Assembly (NCBI GenBank): GCA_045588675.1
Contig: JAZNER010000046.1
Coordinates: forward strand, 108,550-172,549
Direction of reading: 5' to 3'
DNA from: Eubacteriales bacterium
GTDB lineage: Bacteria; Bacillota; Clostridia; Oscillospirales; CAG-272
DNA length: 64,000 bases
This document shows, in pieces, positions 38,620 to 46,825 of the stretch. The notes under the pieces were generated by a model. That model was not told where the DNA came from. It saw nothing but the letters and a program-made list of their open reading frames with translations, and ran no database searches. Each line of letters opens with the position of its first letter. Within the stretch, counting starts at the first letter, position 1. The position numbers and the translations under genes were made by a program.

Positions 38620-38841
38620 ATGAAAGCAAACCAAGGGCTTCTCGGATTAAGAATTGTCAGGACGAAAAAACAATACAGCCAATTAAAAGTAGCCATGGAT
38701 TTGAATATAAGCCGAGAAGCACTTTCTTATTACGAAACCGGAAAAAGAAATCCCGACCTGCAAATGCTTCGACAATTATCAAAATATTTTAATGTCTCTA
38801 TTGATTTTTTGGTAAACGGGAAAGAATTTCAAGAAAAATAA
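38620..38841 (+). CDS. XRE-family HTH protein (73 aa)
   Basis: LRIVRTKKQYSQLKVAMDLNISREALSYYETGKRNP. RBS aggagga. Confidence 0.8.
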   Translation: MKANQGLLGLRIVRTKKQYSQLKVAMDLNISREALSYYETGKRNPDLQMLRQLSKYFNVSIDFLVNGKEFQEK

Positions 38842-38879
38842 GAGCCAAATATACTGCTACAAGGAGTTAAGTAATTCAC

Positions 38880-39151
38880 AACGACTATGCGACTGCTACG
38901 GGACTGTGCCTGCGATAGTTTGCAATAAAATCCTATGCAGTCATACTTACTTCCTAAAATATAGTCGTTTTGAAACAAATCACGCCATAGGCGTGTATGG
39001 AATCCGCAACATGTTGCGGTATGGAATCATCACGAGATGATGTATAGAATCAATCCGAAGGTAGATATACGCTGACGCGTGATGCCATACGCCTGCGACA
39101 ATTCCATACTCACTTACGCGAGATTACATGCCAATCCTTCGGATTGAATAG
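38880..39151. repeat. structured intergenic element C (two domains; 9-mer/mini-hairpin array)
   Basis: Domain 1 is closed by aacgactat (38880) / atagtcgtt (38961). Domain 2 has GTATRGAAT at 38995, 39019 and 39042, and reverse complements at 39082, 39100 and 39123. Hairpins cacgcc/ggcgtg, ccgcaa/ttgcgg, atcatc/gatgat, caatcc/ggattg. Confidence 0.85.
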
Positions 39152-39181
39152 AAAAAAGACCGTCCGAAAACGGTCTTTTTT
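39152..39181. terminator. bidirectional intrinsic terminator (ends the tRNA transcript on the minus strand)
   Basis: aaaaaagaccgt-ccgaaa-acggtctttttt. Confidence 0.9.
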
Positions 39182-39183
39182 CT

Positions 39184-39258
39184 TGGCACCCCCAACGGGA
39201 ATCGAACCCATAACTAACCCTTAGGAGGGGCTTGTTATATCCATTTAACTATGGAGGC
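39184..39258 (-). tRNA. tRNA-Arg (anticodon CCU), CCA encoded
   Basis: Manual cloverleaf, 75 nt. Acceptor GCCUCCA/UGGGGGU, D stem GUUA/UAAC, anticodon stem AGCCC/GGGUU with loop CU-CCU-AA, T arm AUGGG-UUCGAUU-CCCGU, discriminator G, 3' CCA. Confidence 0.9.
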
Positions 39259-39274
39259 GTGCTATACTTAATAG

Positions 39275-39303
39275 ATTATATCACAAAAGGCTGAGAATTT
39301 CAA
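39275..39303 (-). promoter_or_regulatory. sigma-A promoter for the tRNA (TTGAAA-17-TATAAT, TG extended -10)
   Basis: Reverse complement reads ttgaaa(39303-39298)-ttctcagccttttgtga-tataat(39280-39275). Confidence 0.8.
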
Positions 39304-39395
39304 GTGCAAATTTATATTTTTTGAAATATTGTGCATCAAATGCCACCGCAAAAATTTACGCGACATTTAATGCACTTTTTATATCTTTACTTGTT

Positions 39396-39980
39396 TTATA
39401 TTTTTTTACTTGCTTCGTATTCTTGCTTTAAAATCGCACAGGTTGCAATATCTCGGTACTCACCCTTAATCAGCATTGACTTTCTCCGAATTCCCTCAAA
39501 GGTCATATTATTTTTCTCCATTACTCTCCTTGAAGCCTTGTTTTCGGGGATATATCGACACTCAATTCGATTTAACCCCAAGCGCTCAAAGCCAAACTTA
39601 ATAATTTCACGGCACGCCTCACTTGCAATTCCCTGTCCGTGAAATTCAGGATTTACCACATAACCGATTTCGGCTGAGTTGTTGAAGAAATCAAATCTTG
39701 TAAAGCCACAGGTGCCAATCATTTTGTCAGTTTTGTTATCGACGATTGCCCAGTCGTAGAAGTCGCCCGACTTATACCTTGTTTGGAGATAAATAAGATA
39801 TTGCAGTGTATATCCCTTGTTTTCGTGCGGAAGCCAGGTCAGATATTGTGTTACATCTGCCCTTTTGGCATATTCAAACATATCGTCGGTATCATCAGGT
39901 GTCAATTTTCTCAAGGTAAGCAATTCTGTTTTCAGATTTGGTATTTTGGAAAAAATTTTGTGTATATATTCTCGTTTCAT
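39396..39980 (-). CDS. GNAT-family N-acetyltransferase (RimJ/RimL-like)
   Basis: HGQGIASEACREIIKFGFERLGLNRIE acetyl-CoA binding region. ATG at 39980. Confidence 0.8.
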   Translation of the reverse strand: MKREYIHKIFSKIPNLKTELLTLRKLTPDDTDDMFEYAKRADVTQYLTWLPHENKGYTLQYLIYLQTRYKSGDFYDWAIVDNKTDKMIGTCGFTRFDFFNNSAEIGYVVNPEFHGQGIASEACREIIKFGFERLGLNRIECRYIPENKASRRVMEKNNMTFEGIRRKSMLIKGEYRDIATCAILKQEYEASKKI

Positions 39981-40140
39981 TTTAGTGAACCCTTTTTGTT
40001 TTATATGTACCATTATATACTATTTTTCCTTTGTTTTCAAGTGTATTTCTCTTTTCTTGAAAATTTTTTTCATTATGTCTTGAAAAAATCAACCAATATG
40101 ATATAATATATGTATATGTTAAATGATTTGTTGGTGGAAA

Positions 40141-40506
40141 ATGTACTACAACTGTAATGAATACTTGGTACCTGTAATTGTCGGTTGCTCTGAGAAATCA
40201 ACCGCTCTTGCAAAAAAGCTTTTACGGGAAAAAGGATTGAAGGCTCATATCTTTTGTGAGAAGCCGTCTTTGATAAAACGAATTATATACAAATGCTATA
40301 AGGTCTATCCTATGACGAATAAATGGTTGCTTGAAAGTCTTATTTCATTTGCATCTTCGCTTGAAGAATATTATATGCCGACAATTTTTGTCTGTGACGA
40401 TTTTTCAAGAGGATTTGTTGAAGAATGTTACCATGCGCTTGAAGCAGCATTTGTTATAGTTGAAGATAATGTATTTTTTAATGGAGAGAGAAGCTTGGAG
40501 GAATAG
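40141..40506 (+). CDS. hypothetical protein
   Basis: About 121 aa. ATG at 40141 after ggtgga. Abuts murE. No recognisable motif. Confidence 0.5.
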   Translation: MYYNCNEYLVPVIVGCSEKSTALAKKLLREKGLKAHIFCEKPSLIKRIIYKCYKVYPMTNKWLLESLISFASSLEEYYMPTIFVCDDFSRGFVEECYHALEAAFVIVEDNVFFNGERSLEE

Positions 40507-40509
40507 CAA

Positions 40510-42030
40510 ATGATTACAAGAGATATTTTTGATGTAATTGAGGTATCTTCGTATCATATACCTGAAAATATGGACAGAAGACGCATACTTTCAATTACTC
40601 ATAATTCGAAGTTTGCAGGTCCCACTTCTCTTTTTGTTTGCAAAAGCGGCTCAATTCGTGACGGCCATTTTTATGCGCGCCAGGCGTACGAGCAAGGCAC
40701 TCGCCTGTTTTTAGCCGAAAGGCCTCTTGATCTTCCCAGTGATGCGGCAGTTTTGATTACAGATAATACTAATGAGGCGATCTGCAAGCTTGCAATATAT
40801 TTTTATGACAATCCAGCTCGTGATATGAAAATTATAGGTGTTACAGGTACAAAGGGCAAAACTACGGTCGCTATGTCAGTTTACAGTGTTGCAACGGCGC
40901 GCGGAATTAAGATGGGGTATATTGGAACTAACGGAGTTTATTATAACGGCTGTATTACCGAAACTGTAAATACCACTCCCGACCCTCTTGAGCTTCAAAG
41001 ACACTTGAAAAATATGAAAGATGCGGGTGTTGAGTTCGTTATTATCGAGGTTTCATCGCAAGCTCTGTGGCAAAAGCGCATTTATGGAATTGAATTTGAA
41101 ATTTGTGCTTTTACCAACTTGTACGAGGACCACATCGGCGGAATTGAGCATCCTACCTTTGAGCATTATCGTGATTGCAAGCAAATGCTGTTTACTGATT
41201 ACAATTCAAAAAATATTGTAATAAACTCGGATAGTGGATATGCAAATCATATGCTCGACGGAGTACAATGCTCAAATATCGTTAAAACTTCCGCGCTTGG
41301 TTATGAAAAAGCTAAGATTTATGCTAAATCATCAAAGAAGGTTAAAAACGGAATTGTTCCGGGTGTCAGCTTTACTTGCTACATAAATGAGAGCGAGGGC
41401 GAAATTTCTTCAAGAAATGTATTTATTCCCTTGCCCGGTATGTACAGTATAGAAAACGGGCTAATCATTATAGCAATTTGCCGCTTGCTCAATATTTCAT
41501 TAGATGATATTGTGGATAGCTTGTCTGCTTCCTGTGTGCCCGGCAGATTTGAAGCAGTTGAGCTTCAATCACGCCCAGGTTCATTATTCGTTATTGACTA
41601 CGCTCACAATGGCGCAAGTCTTGAAGCGGTCTTGAGCGCTCTGCGAGAATATGAGCCGAGTAGAATAATTTGTCTTTTCGGAAGTGTAGGCGGGCGAACC
41701 TTTGGGCGCAGACGTGAGCTTGGCTTGGCGGCAAGAAACGGCGCAGATGTCATAATCGTTACATCGGACAACCCCGACGGAGAGGACCCTATGCAAGTAA
41801 TAGACGATATTTGCGAAGTCCTTGATGGCTGTAAAAAGGAAATACACAAAATTCCCGACAGATATGAAGCGATAAATAAGGCGTTTGAGCTTGCAGAGCC
41901 AAATGATTATGTTCTCTTGGCGGGTAAGGGTCATGAGAGCTATCAATTGATAAAGGGAAAAAGAATTCCCTTTTCGGAAAAAGCAATTCTAAAGCAAATA
42001 GATTTGTTAAGCTCAGAAGTATTCAAATAA
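40510..42030 (+). CDS. murE: UDP-N-acetylmuramoyl-L-alanyl-D-glutamate--2,6-diaminopimelate ligase
   Basis: 506 aa. GVTGTKGKTT P-loop, DYAHNGASL, TSDNPDGEDP. RBS ggagga. Confidence 0.9.
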   Translation: MITRDIFDVIEVSSYHIPENMDRRRILSITHNSKFAGPTSLFVCKSGSIRDGHFYARQAYEQGTRLFLAERPLDLPSDAAVLITDNTNEAICKLAIYFYDNPARDMKIIGVTGTKGKTTVAMSVYSVATARGIKMGYIGTNGVYYNGCITETVNTTPDPLELQRHLKNMKDAGVEFVIIEVSSQALWQKRIYGIEFEICAFTNLYEDHIGGIEHPTFEHYRDCKQMLFTDYNSKNIVINSDSGYANHMLDGVQCSNIVKTSALGYEKAKIYAKSSKKVKNGIVPGVSFTCYINESEGEISSRNVFIPLPGMYSIENGLIIIAICRLLNISLDDIVDSLSASCVPGRFEAVELQSRPGSLFVIDYAHNGASLEAVLSALREYEPSRIICLFGSVGGRTFGRRRELGLAARNGADVIIVTSDNPDGEDPMQVIDDICEVLDGCKKEIHKIPDRYEAINKAFELAEPNDYVLLAGKGHESYQLIKGKRIPFSEKAILKQIDLLSSEVFK

Positions 42031-42058
42031 AAAAGGCGGTTTTGCAACCGCCTATTTT
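42031..42058. terminator. bidirectional intrinsic terminator
   Basis: Stem aggcggtt / aaccgcct with loop ttgc. Confidence 0.8.
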
Positions 42059-42695
42059 ATTTGAGCATATAGCCTTTACCCCGTATGGTGTAAATTAGCT
42101 TCAGCCCTAATTTGTTATCTATCTTTCGTCTTAAATGGCAAATATAAACATCACCCATATTGCCCGCGTCAAATCCCAGCAAGGCTTGTATTTCCTCTCT
42201 CATGACAACCTTGCCGCGACAATCAAAGAGCTTTGATAAAACCTTAAATTCGTATTCGCTAAAAGTAATATTCAGGTCGCCAATTTTTGCAGACTGTGTT
42301 TTATGATTTAAGACAAGCTGATATGTTGGAGCCTTTGAATGATGTGCTCTGCTTTTAATCTCGTGAGATTTATTTGTCGCATGAGTGTCAATTCCTGTAA
42401 AAGCTTTTCTGAAATCTGTCATTAAAAACGGACGGTGCAAAAAGCAGGTCAGTTTATCGGCAACAGCTCCTAATTCATCATAATTTGAGCGAGAGAAGCC
42501 AATTATACTATAATCATTTATATACTTTTCAAGCTCTTCGGTATTAAAAAAATCAAGGTCGGCGATTATATATGTAATTTTCTTTTCGCCCCATTCTGTA
42601 TTTGATATAGCTTCAATTCCTATATCACTGAGTTCGTGCGCAAGCATTCGAGCAAATCTTGCGTCATCAGTTATTATTTGAGCGTACAATGACAT
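42057..42695 (-). CDS. OmpR/PhoB-type winged-helix regulator with short atypical receiver domain
   Basis: C-terminal VMREEIQ..VYICHLRRKID..IYTIRGKGYML. N-terminal IITDD..IIADLD, but LHRPF replaces the usual KP motif. ATG at 42695 after a ggag RBS. Confidence 0.65.
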   Translation of the reverse strand: MSLYAQIITDDARFARMLAHELSDIGIEAISNTEWGEKKITYIIADLDFFNTEELEKYINDYSIIGFSRSNYDELGAVADKLTCFLHRPFLMTDFRKAFTGIDTHATNKSHEIKSRAHHSKAPTYQLVLNHKTQSAKIGDLNITFSEYEFKVLSKLFDCRGKVVMREEIQALLGFDAGNMGDVYICHLRRKIDNKLGLKLIYTIRGKGYMLK

Positions 42696-42825
42696 TTTAA
42701 TCTCCATTCTGCCGCCTTTTGCGGCGGCACAAACACAATCGTTGAATTTTGCCGAAAGGCAAAATTCGCGCGTGAAGCAGTTGATTTACCTATAAGTTGG
42801 AAGTAACTTTCACGCTGTTTCCCCT

Positions 42826-43851
42826 TTAAGCGTTTGCTATCTTTAATTGGTTTATAATCTCTTCTATCTCGTGAGTAGAGCTCGTTTTCATAATTTGGTC
42901 GCGCAAGGATGCGGCGGAGCGAACATTCTTAATATACAGAACAGCATGCTTTTTGATTTCGGCAGAGCTTACATACTCTCCCTTTTGCTCTCTCATAGTC
43001 TTTATATGGTAAAGACAGGTGTCAAGCCGTTCTTCAAGAGAGGGAGCTACAAATTCCTTACCGTCAAGCCTTGCCGCAATCTCTGCAAAAATCCAAGGAT
43101 TACCAAGTGAGCCTCTGCCTATCATAAGACCGTCACAACCGCATATATCAAGCATTTTTGCGGCGTCGTCGGCACTACATATATCCCCGTTTCCAATAAC
43201 GGGAATATTAACCGCTTTTTTTACATTTTCAATTACAGTGAGGTCAATTCCGGGATTGTACATCTCTTCCCGTGTCCGCGCGTGAACGAATATAGCAGAA
43301 GCACCCGCCGCTTCAAGCATTCGAGCCATTTCAGGCGCATTTTTGTTTTCTTCATTCCAGCCTGCGCGAATTTTTACTGTTACAGGGATATTTTTTAGCT
43401 TTTTTGCAGCTGCCTCAACGATTTTTGCCGCGAGGGTAGGGTTTTTCATAAGCGCGCTTCCCTCTCCGTTTGAAACGACCTTGTGCATAGGACATCCCAT
43501 GTTGATATCAATTGCAGATGGCGGAATTTTTGAAAGACATCCTTTGTATGAAGAACTCTCAATCATTTCTGCCGCCGCCGAAACAAATTCAGGCTCACTG
43601 CCGAAAAGCTGAACAGACATCGGCATTTCCTCAGCTCTAACCTCTGCTAAAGGTGCTGTTTTAAATTGTGAGGGCGATACTCTTTTTGCCGATTGTTCAT
43701 AGCAAAGAGCCTTTGCAGACACCATTTCGCTGACAGTAAATTCCGCGCCGTTCTCACGGCAAATTTTTCGAAAAGTATAGTCGGTAAAGCCAGCCATTGG
43801 AGCTAAAAAAAGCCCGTGCTTTAAAATGTGATTACCAATTTTTATACTCAA
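42826..43851 (-). CDS. dusB: tRNA-dihydrouridine synthase
   Basis: LAPMAGFTD, DINMGCP, VIGNGDI. 341 aa. Confidence 0.9.
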   Translation of the reverse strand: MSIKIGNHILKHGLFLAPMAGFTDYTFRKICRENGAEFTVSEMVSAKALCYEQSAKRVSPSQFKTAPLAEVRAEEMPMSVQLFGSEPEFVSAAAEMIESSSYKGCLSKIPPSAIDINMGCPMHKVVSNGEGSALMKNPTLAAKIVEAAAKKLKNIPVTVKIRAGWNEENKNAPEMARMLEAAGASAIFVHARTREEMYNPGIDLTVIENVKKAVNIPVIGNGDICSADDAAKMLDICGCDGLMIGRGSLGNPWIFAEIAARLDGKEFVAPSLEERLDTCLYHIKTMREQKGEYVSSAEIKKHAVLYIKNVRSAASLRDQIMKTSSTHEIEEIINQLKIANA

Positions 43852-43996
43852 AATAATACTCCGATATTAATATATTAACGATTACAGTTTATTTTACCAT
43901 TATTTTTGTTTGGTGTCAATATAATTTTAAAATATTGTTTGCAAGCAATTAACTGGTGGCATAATTAATCATATATTTTAAAAGTTTGGAGCGGTT

Positions 43997-44848
43997 ATGG
44001 AGAATTTAGGTTACTACAACGGAGCTTTTGCACCCATTGACGAGATGTATATTCCTTTTTGTGACAGGGTGCACTTTTTCGGTGACGGAGTTTATGAGGC
44101 AACGCTTGCAAAAAATTATAAAATATTCGCTCTTGACGAGCACATTGAGAGATTATTCAATAGCGCGTCAATGCTTGATATTAGAATTCCGAACACAAAA
44201 GCAGAGCTCGCCGAAATCATCAAAGGTCTTGTCTTGAAGCTCGACTGTGACGAGCAATTGGTTTACTTTCAGGTTACTCGCGGAACGGGAGCGAGAAGCC
44301 ACACATACCCCGACGACATGGTTGGTAACATCTGGATAATGCTACGACCGATGAAGATGCTGGATATTTACAAGGAAATTGACGCTATTACCCTTCCCGA
44401 TACGCGTTATCTTCACTGTAATATTAAGACGCTGAATTTAATTCCGTCGGTCATTTATGCTCAAAAAGCAAAAATGTCAAACGCTTATGAGGCGATACTT
44501 TATCGCGAGGGCGGACGGGTGACCGAGTGCTCACACTCAAATGTGCATATCATTGATAAAAACGGAATTTTCAGAACCGCCCCAAAGGACAACTTGATTT
44601 TGCCCGGAATTGCTCGTTCAAATTTAATAAGAGCGTGTCATTCGCTTGGGATTGAGGTGATTGAAAAAGCCTTTACACTTGAAGAAATGCTTGATGCCGA
44701 TGAGATTTTAACCTCATCCTCAACCGTGCCGATTATGCGATGTAGGTCTGTTGACGGCAGAGCTGTTGGCGGACGCTGTGAGGAAAAGGTAGAAAAGCTA
44801 CGCGAATGGGTCTTAGAGGATTTTAAAAGGGCAACCCAAATAAATTAA
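43997..44848 (+). CDS. dat: class IV aminotransferase, D-amino-acid transaminase-like
   Basis: 283 aa. GDGVYE, catalytic-Lys region CNIKTLNL, TECSHSNV. Specificity not certain. Confidence 0.7.
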   Translation: MENLGYYNGAFAPIDEMYIPFCDRVHFFGDGVYEATLAKNYKIFALDEHIERLFNSASMLDIRIPNTKAELAEIIKGLVLKLDCDEQLVYFQVTRGTGARSHTYPDDMVGNIWIMLRPMKMLDIYKEIDAITLPDTRYLHCNIKTLNLIPSVIYAQKAKMSNAYEAILYREGGRVTECSHSNVHIIDKNGIFRTAPKDNLILPGIARSNLIRACHSLGIEVIEKAFTLEEMLDADEILTSSSTVPIMRCRSVDGRAVGGRCEEKVEKLREWVLEDFKRATQIN

Positions 44849-44870
44849 GGCGGTCGATTTTGACCGCCTC
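44848..44870. terminator. bidirectional terminator between convergent dat and tcdA
   Basis: Stem aggcggtc / gaccgcct. Confidence 0.7.
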
Positions 44871-44873
44871 GTT

Positions 44874-45584
44874 CTATTTGCTTATAATATCGTTAATAAT
44901 TTCGCCTGCCATGATAAGTCCCATAACCGAAGGAACAAAGGATAGGCTTCCTGGTATATTTTTCTTGCTTTCACCGTCGTAAAGCTCGCTCTTACGAGGC
45001 TCTTCCTTTGAATAAACAACCTTTAATTTCTTAATCCCTCTGCTTTTAAGCTCACGGCGCATAACTCGCGCCAGGGGGCAGACCTCTGTTTTGTAGATGT
45101 CGGCAACCTCAAATTTCGTAGGGTCGGTTTTATTTCCCGCTCCCATAGCTGAAATAATAGGAATGTTTAGAGAATTTGCCCTTTGCACCAAGGATATTTT
45201 AGCCGAAACGGTATCTACTGCATCTGCTATATAGTCGTAGATAGATAAGTCATATTCGTCAGCATTCTCAGGTAAATAAAAAACATTATTTGCCTTAACA
45301 GTACAATCTGGATTTATATCAAGCAAGCGCGCCTTCATAACATCGACCTTATTCTGACCAACAGTAGAATGGAGAGCGATAATCTGGCGATTGATATTTG
45401 ACAGAGATACGGTATCCTTATCAAATATATCAATCTGCCCCACTCCTGCACGACAGAGCGCTTCACATATATAGCCACCCACACCTCCGACGCCAAAGAC
45501 AGCAACGCGAGAGTTATTCAGTTTTACAATCGCTTCCTCACCGTAAAGGTTAAGGGTGCGTGAAAATTCTTCTCTTTGTGGCAT
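44874..45584 (-). CDS. tcdA: tRNA threonylcarbamoyladenosine dehydratase (ThiF/E1-like)
   Basis: VAVFGVGGVGG Rossmann motif, SNINRQ, 236 aa. Confidence 0.8.
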   Translation of the reverse strand: MPQREEFSRTLNLYGEEAIVKLNNSRVAVFGVGGVGGYICEALCRAGVGQIDIFDKDTVSLSNINRQIIALHSTVGQNKVDVMKARLLDINPDCTVKANNVFYLPENADEYDLSIYDYIADAVDTVSAKISLVQRANSLNIPIISAMGAGNKTDPTKFEVADIYKTEVCPLARVMRRELKSRGIKKLKVVYSKEEPRKSELYDGESKKNIPGSLSFVPSVMGLIMAGEIINDIISK

Positions 45585-45594
45585 AATGTCCTCA

Positions 45595-46173
45595 CTATTT
45601 CAAAAATTTAAATCTGTGTCTTATTTTTACAAGGTAAACAGTAATTATTTTCGTCAGGGCAATATCGTAAATAATAAATGTTATATTCAAAAGAATATAT
45701 GTTGCAATTGCTAATGTGCTTCCTATCTCGCCGTTGCCGAAAACAAAGAAAAATGCTTCAAGTATAGTTTTACTATCGCTATTGCCAAAGAAAACAAAGT
45801 ATGAAATCAATACACAAAGCCCTACCGAAAGGTTTAAGACAAGCATCTTAATCGCCCATGTGACTGTCTTATTAAGCTTTTCAAGCTTTTCCTTGATAAT
45901 TGGGTAAAAGCCGAAAAACAGCATATAAAACCAAGGAGCGAGGCTCATTGGCATAAATATGATTGCAAGAGCTCCCGTTGTTGCATAAATCAAATACGGA
46001 TAAATTCCGCCAAGCTCAATTACGGCAAAAATGCAGAAAAAGGATGCAAGTACCGCCATTGACAAATCAAGTATTTCAAACAGTGAGCCAATAAGCAATA
46101 ATGAAACGCCCATTGCTGACAGAATTGCTCCCAATGTCAGTTTTTTCGTTTTACTTGAAATTCCGCTTTTCAT
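45595..46173 (-). CDS. polytopic membrane protein, unknown function
   Basis: About 192 aa, 5-6 TM. ATG at 46173 with RBS gagga. Confidence 0.65.
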   Translation of the reverse strand: MKSGISSKTKKLTLGAILSAMGVSLLLIGSLFEILDLSMAVLASFFCIFAVIELGGIYPYLIYATTGALAIIFMPMSLAPWFYMLFFGFYPIIKEKLEKLNKTVTWAIKMLVLNLSVGLCVLISYFVFFGNSDSKTILEAFFFVFGNGEIGSTLAIATYILLNITFIIYDIALTKIITVYLVKIRHRFKFLK

Positions 46174-46186
46174 ATATTTATCCTCA

Positions 46187-46825
46187 TTAACAGCAGCCAA
46201 TCAAATCTCCGCCCATACACTCACAGCAACAGTCGGCGCAAAGCAAGGATGAACAAACATCACATCCTGAGCAGCCGCCTGAATTTGTCGTATTGTATCC
46301 GCTGCCATAGCCCCGTGCTTGCATATTAAGCCTATCTCTTGTTTGGCGGTACTCCATATTTGAAGGGTCCATTTGACAAGCGGTATTAATCATTCTTTGT
46401 GCATCAACATAAAAGCCCTTTTTAATCAAAACGCATCCCATAAGATAGTGCCATTCTGCCGCTCTGTCGCCTTCATTGATAAGATTAAGCTCATTTTCGG
46501 CAGCCATTATATTGCCTGTGTTGATATTTCTCCGTATATTCGTGTAGTTATATCTGCCGTTACCGCTTGAGTAATTATCATAAGAATTATTGCCGTATGA
46601 GCTATTACCGTACGAGCCTTGTCCGCCTGCTCTCATTTTCTGGATTTCCTCGTAGGCGGCGTTGACCTCCTTCATCTTCTCCTCAGCAAGCTCTTTAAGG
46701 TCGCCCTCAGCATACTTGTCGGGGTGGTATTTGCGAGCTAATTTACGGTACGCGTCCTTGATTTGCTCGTCGGTGGAGTTGGGTGTTACTCCAAGTACTT
46801 TATATGGGTCCTTGTAATCAGCCAT
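46187..46825 (-). CDS. J-domain protein with TPR-like middle and Cys-rich C-terminal tail
   Basis: [15 protein letters not shown] domain. The tail [30 protein letters not shown] has 12 Cys in 30 residues. Confidence 0.85.
   Translation of the reverse strand: MADYKDPYKVLGVTPNSTDEQIKDAYRKLARKYHPDKYAEGDLKELAEEKMKEVNAAYEEIQKMRAGGQGSYGNSSYGNNSYDNYSSGNGRYNYTNIRRNINTGNIMAAENELNLINEGDRAAEWHYLMGCVLIKKGFYVDAQRMINTACQMDPSNMEYRQTRDRLNMQARGYGSGYNTTNSGGCSGCDVCSSLLCADCCCECMGGDLIGCC

Noticed and set aside
36820-39258. tRNA-Arg-associated integrated islet with att duplication
   Set aside because: gcaccccc at 36821-36828 echoes the tRNA 3' end (39187-39194), but only about 12 of 15 nt match. That sequence is part of a functional-looking terminator stem, and no integrase or recombinase is present.
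39331-39642. 103-aa plus-strand ORF next to the tRNA promoter
   Set aside because: It is antisense to the well-supported GNAT acetyltransferase gene and shows no motif or RBS.
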